Origin: the human T2T-CHM13v2.0 reference genome, Homo sapiens
Assembly (NCBI RefSeq): GCF_009914755.1
Contig: NC_060940.1
DNA length: 64,000 nucleotides
Direction: 5' to 3' (one strand)
The position numbers were made by a program, and so were the translations under genes. Under the pieces are notes generated by a model, which was not told where the DNA came from, searched no databases, and saw nothing but the letters and a program-made list of their open reading frames with translations. Shown in pieces: positions 43,315-56,504 of the stretch. Within the stretch, counting starts at the first letter, position 1. The number at the start of each line of letters is the position of its first letter.

Positions 43315-43651
43315 CTCAGCTAATTTTTGTGTTTTTTATAGAGACGGGGTCTCACTGTGTTGCCCAGGCTGGTCTTGAACTCCTAAGCTCAAGTGATCTT
43401 CTGCTTTGGCTTCTCAAAGTGCTGGGATTACAGGTGTGAGCAACTGTGCCCAACCAAGATGAACTTTCAATATAGAGTTTTGCTCCTTCCCTTTAAAAAA
43501 CCTCCACCCCGGGAAATGCGGCCTTTGGGGACCGCGTACCTTTCAATGGAATTGTTTCCCCAACAAGCTGCCTTTGGGAAGCAGTGAGACAGCCCTCTGC
43601 CGTGTGACCCCTCCAAGCTGGGAAGACTTGAAGGAAGAACAGGAGCAGCCC
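43315..43651 (-). repeat. Inverted duplication, left arm (Alu left monomer at 43315-43455 plus ~196 bp of unique DNA)
   Basis: Reverse complement of 44218-44556, about 90% identical. Confidence 0.95.
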
Positions 43652-44217
43652 AGCCCTGCTGCATTTCTTTTCTACCAGCCATGGAGTCCTTGTTCTCTGT
43701 GCTTCCCCTCCCTACAGAAAACAGTGAACGAATGTCCCCCTGACCTTGCCCTCTGCCAGGCCCATGGCTTTCATGCACTTAGGGGATGCATTTTTATTTC
43801 TTTGCAGGAACAAGGCCTAAAAATAGATAAAGTGCAGGGCACAAACGATAACCATTCAATGTATTGACCCAGCTGTGAGTTTATCTTGGTGAAATTCAGA
43901 TTCGCTCTTTATTCCCGAAAGCAAAAGCACCTTCAATGGGCAGTTATGGAGGCATTACCAGGGCCATTTGGCAATAAAATGTGACTGACTTCATTATGCA
44001 GGATGGAGACAAGAAATAGCTGATCTTAAATCACAGGGCCACTGACCAGGATGCACTTGGCACAGGTCTATGCAGATAGATTCTGTTTGGTGGGAAGCAG
44101 TGCTACAGAAAGGGAGTCTGTTATTAAAATGCAGAATTCGTTTAAGTCCTTTGGTTTAGCTTATTGCCAAAAGGTAATTTATGTGTAATGTGTAGTAAGC
44201 CATATGGCTCTGTCTGG

Positions 44218-44556
44218 GGGCTGCTCCTGCTATTCCTTCAAGTCTTCCCAGCTTGGAGGGGTCACATGGCAGAGGGCCGCCTCACTGCTTCCAAAAGGCA
44301 GCTTGTGGGGGAAACAATTCTATTGAAAGGGACATGGTTCCTAAAGGCTGAATTTCCCTGGGCTGGAGGTTTTTTTAAAGGGAAGGAGCAAAACTCTATA
44401 TTGAAAGTTCATCTTGGTCGGGTGAAGTTGCTCACACCTGTAATCCCAGCACTTTGAGAGGCCAAAGCCAAAGATCTCTTGAGCTTAGGAGTTCAAGACC
44501 AGACTGGGCAATATAGTGAGACCCTGTCTGTACAAAAAATACAAAAATTAGCTGGG
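44218..44556 (+). repeat. Inverted duplication, right arm
   Basis: gggctgctcctg...ttccttcaagtcttcccagcttggaggggtcaca...aaagggaaggagcaaaactctatattgaaagttcatctt, followed by the Alu left arm. Confidence 0.95.
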
Positions 44557-44705
44557 TGTTGTGGCAGGTGCCTGTAGTCCCAGCTGCTTGGGAGGCTGAG
44601 GTGGGAGGATCGCTTGAGACCAGGAGGTCAAGGCTGCAGTGAATTGTGATTGTGCCACGGCACTGCAGCCTGGCTGCAGGGCAAGACCTTGTCTCATAAA
44701 AAGAA
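44416..44705 (+). mobile_element. AluJ, full length
   Basis: Dimer with TSD gaaa(t)gttcatct at about 44403 and 44703. Confidence 0.92.
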
Positions 44706-45004
44706 ATGTTCATCTCTCTGCTCTGTACTTGGTGCTCTCTATCCCCACAAATTGCAATGGGGCAATAGAAGGGCTCCATGAAGCAGTTTGCTACTTATTA
44801 CTTCCTTGCTGATATCTTACCTCCATTTTTTAGCCTAGGGGAGGAGTGGTAACTGCCATTTTTTTTGCCCCTGCCTCTTGTCAAGTCTAGTTGAGACCTT
44901 CACATTCTGGATCTCATGTCAACCTAACAACATCCCCATGTGACATGTTATTACTCCCACTACCTCAAGGTACTGTCTCATACTCTGATGGACAACAAAA
45001 ACTG

Positions 45005-45245
45005 ATGACAATACCTGGTATATTAGATGCTCACTGCAAGCCAGACACTGTGCTTAGCACTTTAAATGCATGATCCTATGTACCCTTCACAAAATCCTTA
45101 AGAGGTGCTTACTGCTATCATCCTATTTTACAGAGGAAGCGTCTGAGGCTTAAGAAGGTGAAAGGACTTCTTCCAGGCAAAGCAGCTCCTAAGTGGCAGA
45201 CCTGGTCTTTAAACTCAGTTCAGCTTGGTTTCTAAACCTAGACAT
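45005..45245 (-). mobile_element. MIR SINE
   Basis: gccagacactgtgcttagcactttaaatgc...tcctattttacagaggaagcgtctgaggcttaagaaggtgaa. Confidence 0.8.
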
Positions 45246-45979
45246 TTTCCAGACAGGGAAGGTGAAATTTAGGTGCTGAGTTTTCTCTAGAAGTGGGAAG
45301 AGAGAGCGGATCTCAGACACAGTAGATCATTTTCAATTCCTCCCTCCTTTAGCTGTCAATGATGGCAGGTAATCAGAGCCTTTCTGTTTATTCAGGTGTC
45401 TGCTTCCAGATTTCTTTGTCCCACATTTTGCCAGAGAGACTTGGGGTGATTCACACCCAACAGTTGAAACTCATATTTTGCTTCTCGGTATCTGTTTCCT
45501 TCTGAAAAGCTGCTCTCCCTCAATGCTGCTGTCTAATTCTCCTGCACTCAGACACCCAGCTCTCAGGCAATCTCATTAAACTGGCTTTAATTACTTATGT
45601 GGAGGCGAAGAGGAAGACTTCTCATATGGCTCTTCACCACAGCCATTATTGATTGGCTGCCGAGAGGTTTCTGTTAGACAGCGGATTAGAAAAGGTTAGT
45701 TTCTCTAATTCTCTAACACTCTTCCTGGTGATAATTGGTTCCCAGGTGAAACATAATCTCAAACAGAGGTGTCTTGAACTGGCTTTCCACCTTCCATAGC
45801 ATTTGAAGTGAAGTTTAGCACTGCTGAAAAATCTAGATTTCCACCATTTCTTAGAGTGGAACACAAAATTTTAGATGCCACAGCGAGAGTAGGCCTCTCT
45901 TTATGAACTCTCTGGCAGTTGTCACATTTTATCTGCTTGTATTTTCTCCCCATTTACTAGAAGGGCAAATCACAGCTGG

Positions 45980-46368
45980 TGTATTGGTTTTGCATTGCTA
46001 TAAAGGAATATCTGAGACTGGTAATTTATAAACGAAAGAGGTTTATTTGGCTCATGTTTTTTCAGGCTGCTCGTGATGCATGGTGCTGGCATATGTGTCC
46101 GGTGAGGCTTCAGGAAGCTTCCAACCATGGCAGAAGGTGAAAGGGAGATAGTGTGTCATTTGGGGAGTGAGGGAGAGAAGGAGGAGGTGTTGGGCTCTTT
46201 TAAACAACCAGATCTCCTGGGAACTCATAGAGCGAGAACCCACTCATTACCACAAAGCCAACACCAAGCAATTCATGAGGAATCCACCCCCATAACTCAA
46301 ACACCAGGCCCCATCTCCAGCATTGGAGGTCGCATGTGAACATGAGATTTGGAGAGGGAACCATATCA
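45980..46368 (-). mobile_element. MST (MSTA/B) solo LTR
   Basis: tgtatt...cattgctataaaggaatatctgagactg...catggcagaaggtgaaaggg...catgagatttgg...ccatatca. 5-bp TSD gctgg on both sides. Confidence 0.92.
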
Positions 46369-47159
46369 GCTGGTTTTCCCAGTGCCCATGAATATCTTCA
46401 CCTCTATCTTAGAAAGGGTCAGATGAGTCCTGAGACGCCTTTCAACCTTGAGGCCCTTGATAAATCTTGGGAGGAGGTTCCTGCTTCTCAGGCAGATATG
46501 TTTTGACTGGTTTGTAAGTGTCTGCTTCCTCCTTGGCTCTTTTAGCCTGTTAGTCCTCTGAATACTGGCAAACGTTAGTGCATTAGGAGTAGGTAACTAG
46601 GCTGAGATGTAGGGTCTAGAAGCAATTACCCATTAGAAGGGGTTGAAGAAACTGAGGTTGTTGATATGTGGAAGGAAAACAGTCTGTCTCCCCTAGGGAG
46701 AAATAAGAGGCAAAGACCTCATAGCACAGATGCCCCAACATGAGACAGAAGTGGCCATTACACTTCTTTGTGGTTCCAGAGGACAGAATTGGGTCTAATG
46801 GACAATGAAGGGAGGTTAACGAGCAACTATGACTTTTTGAGAAAGAGCATTAATGATTGGTTTTATCAGGAAAGGCAGCTTTGCAGCATTGTGGGCTCCT
46901 GGATACTGGGGATGGACAGGCCGAGGTGCTTTTCTGCTGAAGCCTCAGTTGAGGTGCATATAAAGGCATCTGGATGTGGTGATCTTGTAGCTCTGGGCAG
47001 TTGACTTAGTGTCTTAGAGAAATGCAGGAGACAGCAGAGTTTGTGAATGAGGCTGCATGTGGACTGCACCAAACCGGAGAACACTTTCCCTCCATGCTGA
47101 GCCTCTGCTGGTTGCTGTGATTTGGTAACATGGGTCCACTGTTGCCAGGTATTTGGGAT

Positions 47160-48165
47160 TTTTTAATGTAAACTTTATGTTTCAGAGAAATTTCAGGTTC
47201 ACTGCAAAATTGAGTGGAAGATACAGAGATTTCTCATATATTCCCCTGCCCCCGCAACCACGCATAGCCTCCTTCATATGGTTTGGCTGTGTCCCTACCC
47301 AAATCTCATCTTGAATTGTAATCCTTGCAATCCCCGCATGTTGAGGGACGGAAGTGATTGGATCATGAGGGTGGTTTCCCCCATGCTGTTCTCATGATAG
47401 TGAATGAATTCTTACGAGATCTGATAGTTTTATAAGTGTCTGGCATTTCCCCTGCTTGCTTTCTCTCTCTCCTGCCACCGTGTGAGAAGGTCCAATCACC
47501 TTCCACCATGATTGTAAGTTTCCTGAGGCCTCCCCAGCCATGTGGAACTGAGAGTCAATTAAACCTCTTTCCTTGAAAAATTACCCAGTCTCAGGTATTT
47601 CTTTATAGCAGTGTGAAAACGGACTAATACACTCCCCCATGATCAACATCCCCCACCAGAGTGGTACGTTGGTTGCAACTGATGCACCTACATTAACTCA
47701 TCATTATCATCCAGAGTCCATAGTTTGCATTAGGGTTCACTCTTGGTGTTGTCCATTGTATAGGTTCAGACAAATGTATAATGGCTTGTGTCCATCATTA
47801 TAGCATCACACAGAGTATTTTCAGTGTCCTAAAAATCCTCTGTGCTCTACCTTTTTATTCTCCCCTCCCCCAGCTCCTGGAAATCACTGGTATTTTTACT
47901 TTACTCATGGTTTTTCCTTTTCCAGAATGTCATATAGTTGGAAACATATAGTATGTGGGCATTTTCAGATTGGCTTCTCTCACTGAGTCATATGCAGTTA
48001 AGGTTCCTCTGTGTCTTTGTGGCTTGATCACTCATTCCTTTTTAGTGCTGAATAATATTCCATTGTCTGGATGTGACACAATTTGTTTATCCATTCACCT
48101 GCTAAATGACACCTGGTTGTTTCCAAGTTTTGGCAATTATGAGTAAAGCTGCTATAATGTTTATA
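47160..48165 (-). mobile_element. L1MC-type 3' fragment interrupted by THE1D
   Basis: aggttcactgcaaaattgagtggaagatacagagatttc...atcaacatcccccaccagagtggtac...agggttcactcttggtgttgt...ttccaagttttggcaattatgagtaaagctgctata. Confidence 0.85.
47274..47631 (+). mobile_element. THE1D-like solo LTR
   Basis: tcatatggtttggctgtgtccctacccaaatctcatcttgaattgta...ctttatagcagtgtgaaaacggactaataca. TSD ctcct/ctccc. Confidence 0.92.
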
Positions 48166-48296
48166 TGTTTATAGCATATTTGGACTTTTTAAAAAGATAG
48201 ACATTGAGACATTTATGTGAAATCTCCCACGTTAAAAAAAAGTCAAGTTAAAAAAATAATTTCTGGGACTCAAAAAAGTATACTGAGATACTAGAC

Positions 48297-48454
48297 TTTT
48301 TTTTAATTTTTGAAAACTAATTTTGAAAATAGGGAAGAGGTCTTGCCATGTTTCCCAGGCTTGTCTCCTAAGCTGAACTTCTGGGTTTAAGCCATCCTCT
48401 TATCTTGGCCTCCAAAAGTGCTGGGATTACAGGCATGAGCCACCACATCCAGCC
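48297..48454 (-). mobile_element. Alu left monomer (FLAM-like)
   Basis: Single arm. TSD ga(g/a)atactaga. Confidence 0.85.
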
Positions 48455-48499
48455 GAAATACTAGAATCTCTTGACTTCTGCTGAGCAACTGAGGGATAA

Positions 48500-48960
48500 T
48501 CTCCATGATGGTCCTGTTGACAAGAAAGGGATGTATTTAGGTGATAATGATACCATTATGTGGATTTCCAGCAGGAATGGATATTTCTTTCAGCACCTGG
48601 AGAGAGACTTCCTTTAATGATCCTTGGGGTTCTGTGTTCGATTCTGTCCTACTAAGTGATTTGGTGGGGACCTAGAAGGCTCACTAATCAGATATGCAGA
48701 TGATACAAGGCTGGGTGTGGTAATTACTGAGACATGATGAAATCAGGATTTAGAACCATCTGATCAAGTTAAAGCGCTAGAGAGACACCAGTAAGTTGAC
48801 ATTTAGTAGGAACTCATGCAAAAATCTTGTGTTAGGTCTAAAGTACAAGTTACTTTCTCAAAAAATGAGAAGAAAAGCCAACTTGGAATGTGTTCATGTA
48901 AAAAGAGAAAAATAAGATCTAAGAAGTGTTGTTTGATCTCAAGATGAATTTAGCGAGTAA
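48500..48960 (+). mobile_element. CR1/L3 LINE reverse-transcriptase fossil
   Basis: 48684-48722 translates as LIRYADDTRLGVV (CR1 RT motif xKFADDTKLG). Upstream PWGSVFDSVLL resembles PQGSVLGPxLF. Stop codons present. Confidence 0.75.
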
Positions 48961-51009
48961 TTAATAAAGATCATAAAAAAAGGTTAAAGCTGAAAATACA
49001 TAGATGGTTACCCATTCATCAGCTGCTACACAGCATTTTCTCTGTGTCAGGGAATGTGCCCCTTGCAGGGAATAAAGAGATGAATAAGGCTGGTCCTGGC
49101 CCTTAATACACCTTGAGGAACTCACAGCAACAGATTAGGATGCATTGTAGTCCAATGGGATAAATTCTGCAGATGAGGTTTCTGCAGAAAACTGTGGGAC
49201 TCTAGGAAATATAGGAACTGCTTTTGTAGCATAATATAATTTCACGTAGCAGGCAAGATAGAGTTTTGGAAGGAAGAACGGAAATGGAAAGTACAGTTGC
49301 AGGTGTAGTGGTAGTAGATATTTGTGCTTTGTACCACCAAATATTTGGCATTTGGCATTAGAAGACTGTAGACATCTCTCAGATTTTGTGCTTTGGATAA
49401 GATTGGTTCAGAGCCATGGAATGCATGACTGGCTCAGATAGTCAGGACATGGTATCTTTTGGCCACTCAAGTTGGAATCAATTAGGGACAAGGTCATACC
49501 TTTCTGGGACTTTTTCTTTTTTTTTTTGGTCAATAGGAAAATTGAACATCTGTCCAACTGGTTGCCAACAAAAGAGAAAGTAGGTGGAAGAACTAATGTA
49601 ACTGTGGGGTGAGTTAATGGAGGGTAAGAATGGCACCAATATCAAGGAAATACAGACAGAAATGAAGAAAGGGACATTCTGTCCTACTATTATCAGTTGA
49701 ACCCTAGACCAAGTTGAACTTGAAATCTTACCCATAGACTATTTATTTTTACAAACCTGTTGATTCTATTTTTGTTATATCACTTGAGCTGAACATTTTC
49801 TCATTTCTAAATAAAGGGACTCCTACGTGATCTTATTTACCTGTAGTGGTTGGTTGTAGCAAAGAAAGGGCATTCCAGGCAGAGGAACAGGAGCGTAGGA
49901 AAGCCTGTGCTCAGAAGTGTAGGAAAGCCTGCGAGTTCATGAAACCCCGAGTGGTGGTGTCACTGGTTTTGTAGAGTGTCCTGGCGAGAGGTGCAGCTGG
50001 AGGGCTAGGTGGAAGCTGGATTATGATGGGCCTGAGGACTTTCCAGAGTATACTGTTTCATGTTGCCTGGTTGACAATGAGAAGCTTATCACAGCTTATG
50101 ATTGGGGCATAGCTCTGATGTGCTGTGCAAGTGTTTTCAGAATGTACAGAGTATTTTTGTACTCATTTACCCCTTGTATCTTCCCATTGACACAGGGAAG
50201 TTGGTAAGTATATCTGTTTTGCAGCTTCAGAAACAGGAATGAGCAGATTCAGCAATTAGCCCAAAGTTACCTAGTGAAGATTCCCAGCTCTGCAGTGTTG
50301 AGGGCTCTGTTGGTGGAAATGGGTGGTGTGCTGACCACAAGGCAGTAGGAGGGAAATGCGCAGGGTTGGAGACATCTAACTGGGCTTTCTGGGGCAACCA
50401 GAAATCTTTGGGTTCAGCAGTGGCAAAGTTCTTCAGCTCCACAAGTGCTTCTGAATTCAGATTCTACTAGCAGGTGTTGAAATATACCAAACCTGACCCA
50501 AACAACTGTATCCTCTCCCCAAAGTCAAGCATAGCATTAGCAGTAGTCACCAATCAGGACAGCTGGGCCCAGCAAGACAAGAAGATCAGAGCAAACTGAA
50601 ACAAAGAACATAATTCTGGACACACAGGAGGCCCAGGAAAGCTCTCCGGAACAGCTGGGAGAGAGTTGGAGGACCTCAGGCCATAATAATTTGAGTCTGC
50701 AAGAAGAGCGTAATCTCATTTTGTAGTTGCAGGCAGATGAGATTGGGGACTTTCGAGTTACATATATTTCATTGTCTTTTTAGGAAAAAAATAAGTGTGC
50801 ATCTTCTGCCAGGGATCCATGCATCTGTGTAAAACCACAGGCAGGAGCTCGCACATCTATCTCTTGCTCAACAATACTGAGTATATTGGAAAGATTGCTG
50901 CTGTGATAGGGAGCTGGTACCTGTTCTTAAGAAATAAACAGAAATGAAATACTCCCAAGGTTTTATCTATGGTATTAAAAAAAAAAAGGAGAAGAAAAGC
51001 AAAAGGCCA

Positions 51010-51420
51010 TTTTTAAATTTCCAACATGTGCTAAACTCCTTCCTGCCTCAAGGCCAGTGCACCTGGTATTTCCTTGGCCTTGAACTCTCCTGCCTCCATT
51101 TTCCATGTCCCCTGTCTACTTCCCCTTTTACTGCAGGCTCAGCTTAAATATCACATTATCAGGGAAGTCTTCTTTGATCACTTGGACAGGGCAGATTTTT
51201 CTATTATTTGTTTTAATGGTGCTCTCTGATTTTCTTTGGAAGCACTTCTCACCTTTGCAGTTCACAAGCAAAGGAGGTAACTGTTGGCTTATACCCCCTT
51301 TCTCCTGCTAAACCAGACGTTCTGCAAGGGGAATGTCTGTCTCATGCTGTGTACCTAGAATCTAGTGCAATGTCTTGTATTTAGTTAGTGATCAGCGATG
51401 ATCAGTGATGGCTGAATGCA
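51010..51420 (+). mobile_element. L2 3' fragment
   Basis: aaactccttcctgcctcaaggcc...ggctcagcttaaatatcacattatcagggaagtcttctttgatc...tacctagaatctagtgcaatgtct. Confidence 0.65.
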
Positions 51421-51681
51421 TAAATTTGGCCCTCTTACTCCAAATTAGAATCGTTTAACCACTATTAATTGTTTGGCTGGTAGTTCCTGCATGCAGAGAC
51501 CAGAAACACACATACCTCATTGGGCCAGGTGGGGATGGTGGTGGGGAATAGATGCTACACTGCATGGACTATTTGTTGCCCTATAAGCAATGTAGACCCA
51601 AAGTAACCAGATCTTACAGGTTTTTAAGGAAAGTTTTGAGACATTGATTTTATGGGTACTCTTTCAACTTTTAAATGCTGA

Positions 51682-52021
<340 letters not shown>

Positions 52022-53523
52022 ATTATTTTTGAAAGGTAAACATCCTGTTTGTCAGCTTGCTTTCTGTGGAGAGACGCTTGCCATACTTGCCTCTTTGCAC
52101 TGCTCAGGCTGCGCTGGGAGGGGAGCATTCTGTCCTCAGTGCCATTTTAAAACGTGTTCACTGGAAACCACAGGCAAAAATAGGGCAGCCAGAATGAGGA
52201 AGGTTTGGAAATTATGCCATGAAGGGAGCTATGGCCCCAAATGCAAATATTTAACGTGACTTTTCAGCTTTGCTGCCTGGCTCTCCCAGTTTGATGCCTA
52301 ATTTACTGGATAAGACTCTGGACCCCAAAGTGCCCCGGGAGTTACAACCATAAATACGTGGGATGGTAGGTAGGTAATAAGGCTGATTATTCACAAATAT
52401 GTTGGTTCTTATGCACCCACATGGATGTGATTCCTCTCCCAAGCAGACCTCGGAGGAGGTCAGAGCTTTATTCCGATTACATGGCAATTTCCCAGCTATT
52501 CTGGGAACTGCTCTTTGGAAATTGCCATCAGAGCCTGAACATAATTTTTAAATGTCCTCAATTGTGAGAAATCTCCAGATTTGATTTTTTTTTTTTTTTT
52601 GAAACAGCTAAGAGTTATTTGGAGCTAAGTCCAGTGAATTAGTCTGATGATTAAGCTATTCTGGGGCCACTGTGATGTACGATTAAGCCTTAATAAGAGC
52701 ATGGTCAGGATAAGGCATGCTAGGGTTAGGCACCAGGCCAAAGAGGAGGAGGAAAGAGAAGGTACCAAGTAGAATCCTGGTTAGTATGGATTTAGGCTAT
52801 ACTTACTTGGTTCCAAAATGCCCAAGATGTCAAGGCAAAGCATAACTGAACATGGTTCAGAAGGGATTTACAACATGAGCAGGGATTTGCAGAATGAACC
52901 AGAATGTTGGAGTTCGTTCCAGCTATGCTGAGAGCTGGGAGAGCTCTCATGTTTGGGAGAGCTCTCATGTTTAGGCAAGTCTGCAAGCCTTGACCAGGGG
53001 CATGGACAGCAGAGCCAAACTCCTGGAGAAGAAGATTTGCAAGAACTATGCACAGATCATAATTCGAGGTTAGGGAGAGTACTCCAGTTCTCTTGGGAGG
53101 TTGGAGCATGAAGTAGGTTGACTGTATGGATGAAAGTGCCAATCCAGGCAGAAGGTTTGCATTCAGAGTGAACATAAAACTCCTAACCAAGTCCTTCACT
53201 GCCCAAGTGATGTGTTTTCTGGCTTCCTCTCCATCTTCATCTCCCCCCAGCTCTCTCCCTTGCTTTCTGAACTTTAACTGGAAAATCCAACCAATGGTTT
53301 TCTTTCTGTTTCTTGAGCACATCTAGTTCATTTCTGTCCCAGGGCTGTTTGTCCTTGCTGTCCTGCCTGGGATACTCTTACATTAGATTGTTAGATTTTC
53401 ACTTGTCTGGCTCTTTCTCATGTAAGTCTCATCTCAGCTGTTAATTTCTGACAAAGGCCTTCCTGCACCATTGAGACCAAAATAGTTCCTCCCCACCCCA
53501 GGTACTCACAACCCAATACCCTG

Positions 53524-53841
<318 letters not shown>

Positions 53842-53910
53842 AATACCTGGTTTTTTATCCTTGTGGCATACCCAGACTTGCATTGTTATTTGTGAACTTC
53901 TTTATTTTCT

Positions 53911-54258
53911 TTTTGTTTTTTTGTTTGTTTTGTTTTTGTTTTTGCTTCGTTTTTGTTTTTGTTTTTCTTTCTGTTTTGAGACGGAGTCTTGCTCTGTCAC
54001 CCAGGCTGGAGTGCGGTGGTGCAATCTCGGCTCACTGCAAGCTCTGCCTCCGGGGTTTACGCCATTCTCCTGCCTCAGCCTCCTGAGTAGCTCAGATTAC
54101 AGGCACACGCCACCACACCCAGCTAATTTTTTGTATTTTTAGCAGAGATGGCATTTCACTATGTTGGTCAGGTTGGTCTCAATCTTCTGACCTTGTGATC
54201 CTCCCACCTCAGCCTCCCAAAGTACTGGAATTACAGGTGTGAGCCACCATGCCTGGCC
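53911..54258 (-). mobile_element. AluY/Sc-like
   Basis: actgcaagctctgcctccggggtttacgccattctcc. 16-bp TSD aacttctttattttct at 53895 and 54259. Confidence 0.93.
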
Positions 54259-54990
54259 AACTTCTTTATTTTCTATCTCCCAGAACTAGAATAGAATTCT
54301 GTGTGGGCAGGATCTTTGTCTGATTGTCCTCTCTTTTATCCTCAGTTATGACGCATGATAGGGGCTCATTCAATATTTGTTTAATGACTCAACAAAGGAA
54401 CAACAGCTTGGACCATAGGATAGAATTAGCTCATTTAATGTAGGGGTTGAAAGAATTTGGGGGATGAATAGAATCAGCTCGCATCACTTGGTCCTGGGTC
54501 TGTTGGCAGCAAGACATAGATAGTGGGGCCTGTACCAATTGATGGATTTCAGAACTCAAGCATGTTGTAGGTCCTGGTGCCCCTAACCTGGAGACTGTGG
54601 GGAGGAGAAACAAGAGATGATGGGATATCCATTGCACAATGAATGATATAAAGAGTGGATTCTGAACAATCTGGCCGATAGAATTCTTGGAAGAAGTGAG
54701 TCACCAACCAGTGAAGAGTTCTGAATGTTTGTTGAGCAATGAGTCTCTAAGGGTTATAATCACATATCTTATTATATTTCCTCCTCTTTGACAGCCGTAG
54801 AGAGAAGGGTCATCTGGAAGTACAGAGAGGTCCTCTGCCATTCAAAATCCTTTCTCAAAGAGTACTGAAAAACAGCACTTTCATCACCCCAGGCTGGCTT
54901 ACTGTTTAAAACAGGCTGTCTCTTCATAGAATTATTTCCTTAGGTCCTTGAGGCCTTTATTTTATATTATTCTACTGTGTCATCACTTCC

Positions 54991-55365
<375 letters not shown>

Positions 55366-56504
55366 TAAAACGTTAATAAACCAAGCAGTTCAAAAAACAA
55401 TCCTCTTCATTAAAGCAAAATGATAACACTAACCATAACCATAATTCTAATAATAAAAATCTGGAAAATTGAGCCCCTGCCAATTGCCACTTATCAACTA
55501 TATTTTATTTTATTATTTTATTTTTCTCACCAGCCACATTTTAAATGCTGAGATATTCTTAAGCATCTGGGGCATGGAAACTTTTTGTACCAAGATATCC
55601 CTTGGAAATATATATGGAGGACATAACAGGTGTTCCAACATGAAGGATGGATTAAATAAATTGTAATACATTGAATCCAGGAAATATGGAATAGTTCTGA
55701 ATACTCTGGAGCAACATGAGGTGCTGTTTATAATATCAGTGGTAAGTGCAGGTTACAAAGTGTAGAGTCTCACAGTGCTTAACCACTATGTAAAAGACAC
55801 TAATGAGAAAAGACTCAAAAGGAAGGCAGAAAAAGTCTCATATGGCAAATACTGGATGACATTTTGGGGCTATTGAAAATATGGGTGGCTTTATGTCTGT
55901 TCTATTACTGAAATGTTTAAATGTGGGTATAGTACTTATGTTTAAAAAAAAATACTGAGGATGATTTCTTGTAAAAGCAAAATTATTCTTGTAAAGTACT
56001 CACAGTCAGGGTGGATGGCTGAATAGAATACCAAACTCCATTACGAATTCCATTTTTAGCTCTGTTATCAAATTCTGATGTAAAACCAACTACAACATAA
56101 TCATGGTAATAAGCAACATTTGTATACCATTTTACAATTTTCCAAGGGCATTTTCATGAGCAGTCTTATTTAATCCTCACAACAACGTGGTGAGATTTAA
56201 GAACTATTGGACTGGGTGAGACCTATGATGGTTTCTGCTTCGTGGCTTGTTTATCCTTATCTGCTTGGCATTTTCCTACACCAGAGCTTAAAAGTACTTC
56301 GTACATTTAGATATTTAACTATAAATCGCTTTCAGATGATTTATAAACTCTTTAAATGTGCCTAGTGTCAGCAATGATTCTGGGGAAATCTTTCTTTAAG
56401 AGATGTGGTAAATTTCCCTGCTTCTTGTTACTTTCCTCCTCCTCCCCTCCCCTCTCTTGTCCCTAGTTGCTGATCCACAGTGAAAGAGCCTCTTTTTCCA
56501 CATT

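Noticed and set aside
48590-48607. REST/RE1-like TTCAGCACCTGGAGAG (also partial matches at ~14521 and ~27343)
   Set aside because: Wrong half-site spacing or mismatches in core positions.
52792-53322. 176-aa ORF containing NMRALP twice
   Set aside because: It overlaps antisense L2 sequence, and the peptide repeat comes from an 18-bp tandem duplication (gggagagctctcatgttt x2).
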